Assembly (NCBI GenBank): GCA_035258345.1
Contig: DATEVU010000105.1
Coordinates: 73,366-137,365, forward strand
Source: Bacteroidales bacterium
GTDB taxonomy: Bacteria > Bacteroidota > Bacteroidia > Bacteroidales > UBA10428
Direction: 5' to 3'
DNA length: 64,000 nt
Both the position numbers and the translations under genes were made by a program. The stretch's first letter is position 1. Each line of letters opens with the position of its first letter. This document shows positions 43,918 to 52,649 of this stretch, piece after piece. The notes under the pieces are model-generated. The model was not told where the DNA came from. It saw only the letters and a list, made by a program, of their open reading frames with translations, and searched no databases.

Positions 43918-46900
43918 ATGGAAGCTATTTTTTTATTTCTCTACGACACATTCAGAAAAAGGAGGTTCCGGTTATTCCTGTTGATTGCCGTAATTTTTGC
44001 GGTTACCGGCTGGCTGGCGTCCAGGATCAGGCTGGAGGAGGATATTTCCAGGATGATCTCGGGTGGAGGAAGCAACAGCCTGATGGGACGCGTTGTAGAC
44101 CAGTCGAAATTCCTGGATAAGATAATCTTCACCATTGCATCGGCCGATTCCAGCCAGCCGCTCACCCCTGATGAACTCATCGCGGCCGGTGACCGGCTGG
44201 CTGATACATTGCAGTCGGCTGTTTTTGCGCCCTATGTGAGATCAATTACCTATAAGGTGTCGGATACTGCGATTGGGGAACTATTCGATATTGTTTACAA
44301 CAATTTACCGTTGTTCCTGGCAGAACAGGATTATGAACGTATGGATTCCCTGGTGCAACCGGAGAATATCCGCACAGCCCTTGTGAATAATTACAGGAGC
44401 CTGCTTTCCCCGGCCGGTTTTACAATGAAACAGATGATCATACGTGATCCTGTTGGAATTGGCACCCTTGCCCTCGGGCGGTTAAGGGCTTTTCAGAACG
44501 ATGAGAATTATACCCTGTTGAACGGATGTATTTTTTCAAGAGACCGGCAACACCTCATGATGTTCATCACTCCGGTTTTTTCCACCAATAAAACATCACC
44601 GAATTCCATTTTTGTTAAACAGCTGGATGAAGCAGTTAAGGAAATAACTCATGCAGGGGGTGGCAATTTAAAAATTGAGTATTTCGGCTCGGCTGTTGTT
44701 GCAGTCGGAAATGCCGAACGGCTAAAAAGGGACATCAGGCTTACTTTGTCCATCACCATTATTTTACTGGCACTGATCATCAATTTTTCAGTAAAAAAGA
44801 AAAAGCTGTTCCCTTTCATTTTCCTCCCGGCCGTTTTCGGTGCCCTCATGGCCCTGGCAGCATTGTATCTGATTCAGGCCAAGGTATCGGTGATCTCTCT
44901 CAGCGTCGGATCGGTTGTGCTGGCCATCACGGTGGATTATGCCCTTCACATAACCACCCATTTTAAGCACAGGCATTCGATCATCAACACCATCAAGGAT
45001 GTTTCTTTCCCGATCATAGTTTGTGGGTTTGCTACAGCTTTTGAATTCCTTGCCCTCGTATTCGTATCATCCGAGTCACTGCACGAGCTTGGTATCCTGG
45101 CCGCGATCACCGTAATAACCGCAGCCTTCTTTACCATGGTGGTCATGCCCCATATACTCGATGTTACACGATCCGCATCGGATGAGACAGAGGAAAAGAA
45201 TTACCTGGAACGCTTACTGGATAAGATCACCAATTATAACTTTCATAAAAACAAGCTTCTGCTTTTGTTTATGGTTGTTTTTACGGGAGTTGCCCTATTC
45301 TATATCAATAATGTCGGCTTTGAGACCAACATGATGAAAATGAATTATGTTTCCCGGGAGTTGGCCGCAGCTGAGGAAAGCCTGAACAGGATCAATAATT
45401 ACAAGCTCAATTCGGTTTACGTGGTGGCTTACGGCAATAACCTGCAGGAAGCTCTCATCAGCAATGAAAGGGTACTTGAACGTGCTGATGAACTAAAATC
45501 CGGGGGAACTATAAAAAGTTATACTTCCCCCAGTTCTCTCCTTCTTTCCAATTCCTTACAGCTGAAAAAGATCGGGCAATGGAATTCATTCTGGACGGAA
45601 ACCAAAAAGAAGGATTTTATGAATACACTGGAGGCCGAAGCCATACTGGCAGGATTCCGTCCAGGATCATTTTCCGGTTTTGGAGGACTCATTGGCAGGG
45701 ACTATTCTGTTGCCGACTCCGGAGTTTTCCGAAAGCTTGAATCGCTGTTCTTTGTTGATAACATTTCGGTAAGTCCCGGCCTGGCAACCATTGCCACCGT
45801 ACTCAAGGTGGACAACGATAACAAGGAAAATGTAATTCAACAATACGACGGTACTGAGGGTATAGTGGTAATCGACCGGAAATCGATCCTTTCACAGCTT
45901 GTCAATACCCTGGGAGAGGATTTCAATTTCATAGCCAATGTTAGTCTGATGCTTATCCTGCTTGTGCTTATCGTTGCATTCGGACGCATCGAACTGGGTG
46001 TTATCACCTTTGTTCCCATCCTCGTGAGCTGGGTTTGGACCCTGGGTATCATGGGCATGTTCGGGATAAAATTCAACATATTCAACATCATCATTTCATC
46101 GTTTATAACGGGACTTGGAATTGATTACAGCATATATATCATGCAGGGACTGGTGCAAGGCTACAAAACCGATAACCGGAATTTATTGTCGTACAAGACT
46201 TGCATCCTGTTGTCGGTGATGATCTCAATATCAGGTACCGGTGTGCTTATACTGGCTAAACATCCCGCCCTGAATTCCATTGCGCTCATATCGATAATCG
46301 GACTGCTGTCGGTTGTGCTGATTTCCTACACGTTTGAGCCCATCCTTTTCAACTGGCTTGTTTCCAAAAGTGATAAAAAGCGTGTTGTTCCGGTAATCCT
46401 TTCGGATGTGCTGGTCACCATCGCAGTTTTTGCCCTTTTCATCGCCGGGAGCCTGGGTCTTAACCTGTTGCTTTTCGTGGTCATTCTCCTGCCCATACGG
46501 GTAAAGCATAAAAAGTACATTATGCACAGCGCAATGGCATTTTCCTGCAAGCTACCGGTATATTCCATGCTGCATGTCAGGAAAAGGATCATCAATGACA
46601 ACGGGGAAGACTTTAGCAGACCGGCTGTGATCCTCAGCAACCACCAGTCACATATCGACCTGCTCATTCTCCTGATGCTGCATCCCAAAATCATTGTACT
46701 CACCAACAAGTGGGTCTGGAACAATCCGATATACGCCCTGGTGATCAGGTATATTGATTATTATCCGGTGATGGGAGGATATGAGGTGCTCACCACCAAA
46801 CTTGAAAAACAGGTGAAAGAAGGTTATTCCATCCTGGTTTTTCCCGAAGGCAGCCGCTCACCCGATTCAAAAATAAAACGTTTCCACAAGGGAGCATTCC

Positions 46901-47766
46901 TGCTTGCTGAAAATCTCCGGATCGAAATCCTTCCCATTATCATTCATGGCGCCGGTGATTGCATGAACAAAGGTGAAAACCATCTCAAGGGAGGAGCAAT
47001 CACCATCAGGATATACCCGAGGATAAAACCCGAAGCGGGAATTGATTACCACCAGCGTACAAAGTTAATGCTGACATTTTACCGCAGGGAACACCGCCGG
47101 CTGAGAGAAGAACTGGAAACACCCGCTTATTTCCGGAGGAAGCTCATCAGGAATTATATATATAAAGGTCCCGTGCTGGAATGGTACACGCGAATCAAAT
47201 TATCGCTCGAAGACAATTACAGCCTGTTCGACCGGCACATTCCACGTAATGCATCCATTGCGGATATCGGCTGCGGGTACGGTTTTATGGCCTATATGCT
47301 CAGCTTTGTTTCAGATAAGAGACAGGTACTGGGCATTGATCATGATGCCGATAAAATTGAGATGGCCAACCATTGTATTTCAAAACATGGGGGTGTAAAA
47401 TTTGTAACCGCGGATGCAACCGTTTACCCGTTTGACAACACGGACGTTTTTATTCTGAGCGACGTACTGCATTATCTGACCATACAGAAACAGGAGGATC
47501 TGCTTTCGGTGTGCCTGGGCAAACTGAATCCAGGAGGAAGGATCATCATCAGGGATGCGGACAAGGATCTTGAAAAAAGACACCTGGGAACCAGGTATAC
47601 CGAATTTTTTTCAACCCGCACGGGATTCAACAAAACTTCACAAAAGAAACTGTATTTCTTCTCCGGGAATACCATCCGGCAATTTGCCTCCAGACACAAC
47701 CTGGATTTAGAGGTTGTTGATAACACCAGACTTACCTCCAATATTTTTTATTTGTTGAAGAAATAA
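43918..47766 (+). CDS. Trifunctional fusion: MMPL/RND-type exporter + PlsC-type acyltransferase + class I SAM methyltransferase
   Basis: 1282 aa with two roughly 6-TM bundles in aa 1-860. H-x4-D acyltransferase motif NHQSHID at aa 908-914 (nt 46639-46659). SAM motif I DIGCGYG at about aa 1116 (nt 47263). Confidence 0.8.
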   Translation: MEAIFLFLYDTFRKRRFRLFLLIAVIFAVTGWLASRIRLEEDISRMISGGGSNSLMGRVVDQSKFLDKIIFTIASADSSQPLTPDELIAAGDRLADTLQSAVFAPYVRSITYKVSDTAIGELFDIVYNNLPLFLAEQDYERMDSLVQPENIRTALVNNYRSLLSPAGFTMKQMIIRDPVGIGTLALGRLRAFQNDENYTLLNGCIFSRDRQHLMMFITPVFSTNKTSPNSIFVKQLDEAVKEITHAGGGNLKIEYFGSAVVAVGNAERLKRDIRLTLSITIILLALIINFSVKKKKLFPFIFLPAVFGALMALAALYLIQAKVSVISLSVGSVVLAITVDYALHITTHFKHRHSIINTIKDVSFPIIVCGFATAFEFLALVFVSSESLHELGILAAITVITAAFFTMVVMPHILDVTRSASDETEEKNYLERLLDKITNYNFHKNKLLLLFMVVFTGVALFYINNVGFETNMMKMNYVSRELAAAEESLNRINNYKLNSVYVVAYGNNLQEALISNERVLERADELKSGGTIKSYTSPSSLLLSNSLQLKKIGQWNSFWTETKKKDFMNTLEAEAILAGFRPGSFSGFGGLIGRDYSVADSGVFRKLESLFFVDNISVSPGLATIATVLKVDNDNKENVIQQYDGTEGIVVIDRKSILSQLVNTLGEDFNFIANVSLMLILLVLIVAFGRIELGVITFVPILVSWVWTLGIMGMFGIKFNIFNIIISSFITGLGIDYSIYIMQGLVQGYKTDNRNLLSYKTCILLSVMISISGTGVLILAKHPALNSIALISIIGLLSVVLISYTFEPILFNWLVSKSDKKRVVPVILSDVLVTIAVFALFIAGSLGLNLLLFVVILLPIRVKHKKYIMHSAMAFSCKLPVYSMLHVRKRIINDNGEDFSRPAVILSNHQSHIDLLILLMLHPKIIVLTNKWVWNNPIYALVIRYIDYYPVMGGYEVLTTKLEKQVKEGYSILVFPEGSRSPDSKIKRFHKGAFLLAENLRIEILPIIIHGAGDCMNKGENHLKGGAITIRIYPRIKPEAGIDYHQRTKLMLTFYRREHRRLREELETPAYFRRKLIRNYIYKGPVLEWYTRIKLSLEDNYSLFDRHIPRNASIADIGCGYGFMAYMLSFVSDKRQVLGIDHDADKIEMANHCISKHGGVKFVTADATVYPFDNTDVFILSDVLHYLTIQKQEDLLSVCLGKLNPGGRIIIRDADKDLEKRHLGTRYTEFFSTRTGFNKTSQKKLYFFSGNTIRQFASRHNLDLEVVDNTRLTSNIFYLLKK

Positions 47767-47905
47767 ACTTGGGTTGGAACATAAGCCCGCATTGTGTTGA
47801 CTTTTTTTCTTAAAAAACATCTCAATTGTAACGCTGGTTCACTAAAATAGTATTAACTTAATCAGTGTTTACTTGTTATCATTTAAAATTAAACAAAAAT
47901 CGACT

Positions 47906-48511
47906 ATGAGAAAATTATTATTATTGGCGCTTGCCTTGTCTTTTTTTTCCGGGATGAGCCTGAGCGCACAAAAGCTTGTTTTGCAGAGCGGATCATTTGA
48001 TTTTCTGAAGGGTCAGCAATCTGTCAGCGTCGAATATGACTACGGCAATTTGTCTGTGGGGAAATTTGACAAGGAGGATGATTATATTGTGGAAAAGGTT
48101 GCCGATTACAACAAAAGTGAAGCCGGAAAAGGTGACAAATGGAAAGAGGCATGGTTTAATGACCGCGCCAGCCGGTACGAACCCAAATTCGAACTGTTAT
48201 TCAATGAGAACCTGGCTTCAAAAAACCTGAAATGTGATAAAGCTGCTTCGGAAGCCAAATACCTTATGCATATCCACACAACCTTTATTGAACCAGGATT
48301 TAATATAGGCATTACACGGAAACCGGCATTCATCAATGTTGAAGTAAAATTCAGTGAAATAGGAACGGATAGGGTACTTGCCGTAGTTACCGTACAGAAC
48401 TGCCCGGGCCGTGATGCCATGGGATTTGATTTTGACACCGGCTATCGTATTGAGGAAGCCTATGCCAAATTGGGAAAATCACTGGCCGGGTTTATCGGGA
48501 AGAAATTGTAA
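47906..48511 (+). CDS. Secreted hypothetical protein
   Basis: MRKLLLLALALSFFSGMSLSAQ signal peptide; no family recognised. The track start 47873 is a TTG. Confidence 0.55.
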   Translation: MRKLLLLALALSFFSGMSLSAQKLVLQSGSFDFLKGQQSVSVEYDYGNLSVGKFDKEDDYIVEKVADYNKSEAGKGDKWKEAWFNDRASRYEPKFELLFNENLASKNLKCDKAASEAKYLMHIHTTFIEPGFNIGITRKPAFINVEVKFSEIGTDRVLAVVTVQNCPGRDAMGFDFDTGYRIEEAYAKLGKSLAGFIGKKL

Positions 48512-48522
48512 GTAAAAAAATC

Positions 48523-48566
48523 TCTCGCTGATAACGCAGATTTTAAATTCTGCGTTATCAGCGAGA
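48523..48566. terminator. 18-bp perfect hairpin (bidirectional terminator candidate)
   Basis: TCTCGCTGATAACGCAGA (48523-48540), loop TTTTAAAT, TCTGCGTTATCAGCGAGA (48549-48566). An A7 run lies upstream and a T-rich run downstream. Confidence 0.65.
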
Positions 48567-48806
48567 TCTGCGAGAAAAGTTTTTTATTTCCACTCCAAAT
48601 ACCGATGCGTTATCAGGACTTTGGATGACCTCATTGCTGTTCATTATCAATGGCTGTGAAAAGTTGATACCGCCCCTGAAACCAACTATCAGGTTAATGT
48701 TCGAATTGCTCCCGGATTGGAAAGCGCCGGCCATCCCGGTAATTCCGGAACCGGCGTATCCCGGAATACAGGTCAGTGATAAAAATACGATAACGAGTAT
48801 GCGCAT
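48558..48806 (-). CDS. Short ORF resembling only the N-terminus of an outer-membrane beta-barrel protein (possibly a truncated remnant)
   Basis: MRILVIVFLSLTCIPGYAGSG...LIVGFRGGINFS... is a signal peptide plus a first beta-strand motif. The ORF then runs into the hairpin and stops after about 82 aa. Confidence 0.3.
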   Translation of the reverse strand: MRILVIVFLSLTCIPGYAGSGITGMAGAFQSGSNSNINLIVGFRGGINFSQPLIMNSNEVIQSPDNASVFGVEIKNFSRRSR

Positions 48807-48879
48807 AACAGGATAACGGATTAGGTTGGTAATAAAATATGCAAAAATAAACAAAGTCAGAATTTAATCAGATAGGGCC

Positions 48880-49515
48880 ATGTATTACCGCATTGTTAGT
48901 ATTCTCAAAATCGAATATATTTGGCCCATGGAATTCATAAATACACCCCTGTTTGATTACCTTATTCTTCCGCTGCTTATTTTTTGCATGAGGATTTGCG
49001 ATGTTACCCTTGATACCATGAGGATAATCCTGATGACCAAGGGCTATAAATACCTGGCTCCGATCATCGGCTTTTTTGAGGTACTGATCTGGATCGTAGC
49101 CATAAGCCGCATAATGCAAAACCTCGACAACTGGATTTGCTATGTGGCCTATGCGGCCGGATTCGCAACAGGAAATTACATAGGCATGCTGGTCGACGAA
49201 AAGCTGGCCATCGGGCACCAGATCATCCGCGTGATTACACGGTACAAGGCTGAAGAACTTGCTGATTCGCTGCGAAGTGCAGGATTTGGTGTAACTTCTG
49301 TAAAAGCCACCGGTATGCAGGGTGAGGTAGGGATATTATATATTATCGTCAACCGCAAGAATGAAAAAAATGCCATTGAATTAATCATGATACACAATCC
49401 GAATGCTTTTTACACAGTTGAGAACATCCATTTTGTGAACCGGGCACTGGATAAGAATATAATTCCGGAAGACGGGGGGAGCAGGGTGTTTCCGTTTGTA
49501 AGAATTAAAAAGTAA
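48880..49515 (+). CDS. DUF2179 / UPF0316-family membrane protein
   Basis: Three TMs then ...RSAGFGVTSVKATGMQGEVGILYIIV... (DUF2179 domain). An alternative start at 48928 (MEFINTPLF) is preceded by an exact TATATTTG at 48916-48923. Confidence 0.7.
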   Translation: MYYRIVSILKIEYIWPMEFINTPLFDYLILPLLIFCMRICDVTLDTMRIILMTKGYKYLAPIIGFFEVLIWIVAISRIMQNLDNWICYVAYAAGFATGNYIGMLVDEKLAIGHQIIRVITRYKAEELADSLRSAGFGVTSVKATGMQGEVGILYIIVNRKNEKNAIELIMIHNPNAFYTVENIHFVNRALDKNIIPEDGGSRVFPFVRIKK

Positions 49516-49518
49516 CGA

Positions 49519-50121
49519 TCACTTTCTGAAAAGAATGATGTAAAGTCCTAATCCAATCATCAGGATCCCCGAGATAACATACACCCGCCTCAGGATGCCA
49601 GGCCGCAAAAACCGGCTTAGTTTACTGGCAAAATAGGCTTTCGCAATATCAACAAGCATTACCACTCCCAGGGCTATGGCAAAATACACAAGGCATTGTT
49701 TCCCGGTGAATTTGAAATGCGACAGGGCAACGGCCAAGCTTCCAAGCCAGAAAATAACAACCGAAGGATTCAGGAGATTAATAAAAAAACCATTCAGAAA
49801 TAGTTTCAGGATCTTGCTTTTTGCCTGGTAACCGGTATGCTCATGCCGCCTGGATATGATGTAGTTAAAGCCAAATCCCACAAAGGCCAAACCACCTGCC
49901 AGATTGAAATAGTAACTGTGCGTCAGCGACTTTGTGATAGAGGCAGCAAAGAAGTAAACGGCAGTGATGATAATTGCATCGCAGATTATCACACCCAGGT
50001 CAAACCATAGGGCGGCTCTGAATCCACGTGTCATGCTGGTTTCTATCAGCATAAAAAAGGTGGCTCCAATAAAGGCGCTTAAAAACAGTCCTGTAATTAT
50101 CCCCTTGATGACGATCTCCAT
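49519..50121 (-). CDS. LysE-family amino acid/metabolite exporter
   Basis: 200 aa; six TM segments; LysE/RhtB-like layout; starts 3 nt after the GH3 gene stop. Confidence 0.75.
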   Translation of the reverse strand: MEIVIKGIITGLFLSAFIGATFFMLIETSMTRGFRAALWFDLGVIICDAIIITAVYFFAASITKSLTHSYYFNLAGGLAFVGFGFNYIISRRHEHTGYQAKSKILKLFLNGFFINLLNPSVVIFWLGSLAVALSHFKFTGKQCLVYFAIALGVVMLVDIAKAYFASKLSRFLRPGILRRVYVISGILMIGLGLYIILFRK

Positions 50122-50124
50122 GCG

Positions 50125-51645
50125 CTATTTATATTGTTGAATAAATTCATTCCATTCATTGTACATATTTCCGATCACACGCGGAAATTTATGCTGTCCA
50201 CCTTCTTTTCCTTTTGATTTCAGGAATTCATAAAATGCTTTTGGCGAAATCACTTCAACAAAAATATCCTTTAGCGCGGCTTTCCGCTCCACAGCATAAT
50301 CATCGTTGAGTGATTTTAACGTATTATCAATCAGTAATTTAAGTTCATTCCTGTCACCAACATCCTGATCGGTACCGATATACCATTTATGTGCAAACAG
50401 ACGTTCATGGGGAATGCCGGCCACCGTAAACTCCTTGATGTCAATATTCAGTTTGTCGGAAATCTCACTGATCGCCCGTGTCATGTTATCAACACTGAGG
50501 TGTTCGCCACAGAGGCTGAGAAAGTGTTTTGTGCGACCGGTGATCAATATTTCATAATCTTTTACCGATGTAAACCTGATGGTATCACCGATAAGGTAGC
50601 GCCATGCACCAGCATTGGTGCTCAGCAACAACGCATATTCCTCTCCTTCAACAACCTCATTCAGCAGCAGGGTTTTTGGATTTTCAACCATTTCGCCATC
50701 GGGTTTGAAGCTTAAGGGGGTAAAGGGAATGAACTCGAAAAACATTCCGTTATCCAGCACCAGCTGCATCTCGTGCCCTTTTTTCCGCTGGTAGGCCAGG
50801 AAGCCTTCCGAAGCCAGGTAGGTTTCGAGGTAGAACACCTCCCTGCCCATAAGTTTCTCAAAGCTTTTCTTATATGGGGTGAAATTAACGCCCCCATGGG
50901 AAAAAACCCTGAAATTGGGCCATATATCGTGAATGTTGCTCAGGTTATAATAATCGATGATCCGCTCGAGCAGGATCTGCACCCAGGCGGGAACTCCTGT
51001 AATACCACCGATGTCCCAGTTTTTAGCCTTTTTTACTATCTTATCCAGCTTGGTATTCCAGTCCTTTTCCTTTGAAATAGCCCCGGGTTTGTAAAACCGG
51101 TTGAACCAGAACGGAAGTCTGCCGGCCAGAATACCACTCAGGTCACCTTCAAAATAGGTTTCCATTTTAACCAGACTTGTGCTGCCCCCCACCATCAATA
51201 CGCTTTTTTCATAAAAATACGGAGGAAGGTCGTATTCTGCCAGAGAAAGCAGCTGCCTGATCCCCGTGCGCCTGATCGACCGGATCATGTCGCGGGATAG
51301 CGGAACACGTTTGCTTGAATCGTTAGAAGTGCCCGAAGTAAGTCCGAAATACTTGATTTTTCCGGGCCAGGTAACATTTTCGCTCCCTTCCAGCATTTTG
51401 TGCCAGTATTGCCTGTAAATCTTTTCATAATCAAATACAGGTACCCGTTGCCTGAACTCTTCCGTAAAATTTTCTGATTCAAGAATTTCTTCGAAATGAT
51501 AATCACGGCCAAAATCGGTCCTTCCGGCCTTAATAAGCAGCTTTTTCAATGTATTTTTCTGAAGATCAACATTGAGTTGCTTCTTTTCCAGATTAACCTT
51601 TCTCTTTTTGATTACTTCCTGAAGAATGCTGCCTACGATAGCCAT
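50125..51645 (-). CDS. GH3-family (acyl acid amido synthetase-like) adenylating protein
   Basis: 506 aa; GLTSGTSNDSSKRVP and overall GH3 auxin-responsive-promoter family layout. Confidence 0.75.
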   Translation of the reverse strand: MAIVGSILQEVIKKRKVNLEKKQLNVDLQKNTLKKLLIKAGRTDFGRDYHFEEILESENFTEEFRQRVPVFDYEKIYRQYWHKMLEGSENVTWPGKIKYFGLTSGTSNDSSKRVPLSRDMIRSIRRTGIRQLLSLAEYDLPPYFYEKSVLMVGGSTSLVKMETYFEGDLSGILAGRLPFWFNRFYKPGAISKEKDWNTKLDKIVKKAKNWDIGGITGVPAWVQILLERIIDYYNLSNIHDIWPNFRVFSHGGVNFTPYKKSFEKLMGREVFYLETYLASEGFLAYQRKKGHEMQLVLDNGMFFEFIPFTPLSFKPDGEMVENPKTLLLNEVVEGEEYALLLSTNAGAWRYLIGDTIRFTSVKDYEILITGRTKHFLSLCGEHLSVDNMTRAISEISDKLNIDIKEFTVAGIPHERLFAHKWYIGTDQDVGDRNELKLLIDNTLKSLNDDYAVERKAALKDIFVEVISPKAFYEFLKSKGKEGGQHKFPRVIGNMYNEWNEFIQQYK

Positions 51646-51683
51646 GGTATGTTGTGAAATTGCAAAAACGGAAACAAAAATAG

Positions 51684-52586
51684 TTAATTATGTAAATTGA
51701 TATGCACGGACTTCTCTCCGGCCTCAATTTTCACCCGCAGGATATTGTCGGGGTGTGGCAGTTGGCAGGTTGCAAAGGGTGTAAAAGAGCATGGCGGGTT
51801 ATAGGATTTGTTGAAGTCGATCAACACTTTGTTATTTTCATCGGGTTTGCCAATATCCATAAACCTTCCGGCAGGATAGGTCTCAAAACCGTTTGTCATA
51901 TCCCCGAATACAAGCGACCATCCATCTTCTGAAGCGATCGGGAGTAGTTTCATTTTTTTTCCATTGATCCTGAAAACAAGTTCTCCCGGTATTATGTTTT
52001 CCACTTCCATACCGATAACCGTTTGAACTTTTTGTTTTTCAGGTTCTGCAAAGGGTTTAAAATCAGCTGTTATTCTCCATTTTTGATTGGTTTCATAACA
52101 GGGAACATGGTCAAGCCGGTTAGCCAGCATGCTGTTGTAATCACGTAACCGGATCCCATATTTGGTACCTCTTTTGATTATATTCCATGCAAGGTGGTCA
52201 ACCGTCATGATATCCGGTTTTCCCGATGCATCGTCTGCAAGCCTGGCACTTACGGCCGGTTTATCATTTAACAGAACGGGTACCTCCGTAGTGCGCAGGT
52301 AAACGCTGTCGCCCTTGAGTTCAAGTATCCCGATAAATGCGGGTGCTTTGGCAGGGAAAATGATCGTATTGGATGAGTCGGAACCGAAAGTGTTTTTTCC
52401 TTCCTGAAGCCAGTAAAGCCCCGCCAGGTTCAGCCAGCCGTTCATCGCCTTCAGTCGCGCCAGCCGTTCATTGTGCCAGGTATCGATCTCTGCATAATAT
52501 GTTTCGGGATCAGCTGAAAGTGTTGAATTTCTATGACATGCATCTAAAAGCGGAAAAATCAGAATTGCGATCAGCAGTGTCCTCAT
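51684..52586 (-). CDS. DUF1684 domain lipoprotein
   Basis: MRTLLIAILIFPLLDACHRN (lipobox); C-terminal SYNPPCSFTPFATCQLPHPDN motif typical of DUF1684. ATG at 52586 preferred over 52619. Confidence 0.7.
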   Translation of the reverse strand: MRTLLIAILIFPLLDACHRNSTLSADPETYYAEIDTWHNERLARLKAMNGWLNLAGLYWLQEGKNTFGSDSSNTIIFPAKAPAFIGILELKGDSVYLRTTEVPVLLNDKPAVSARLADDASGKPDIMTVDHLAWNIIKRGTKYGIRLRDYNSMLANRLDHVPCYETNQKWRITADFKPFAEPEKQKVQTVIGMEVENIIPGELVFRINGKKMKLLPIASEDGWSLVFGDMTNGFETYPAGRFMDIGKPDENNKVLIDFNKSYNPPCSFTPFATCQLPHPDNILRVKIEAGEKSVHINLHN

Positions 52587-52649
52587 TTTATCGATATTAT
52601 TTAAACAGGACAAGGGCAATCCTTGCCCCTTCGGTATTATCCGGAATCT

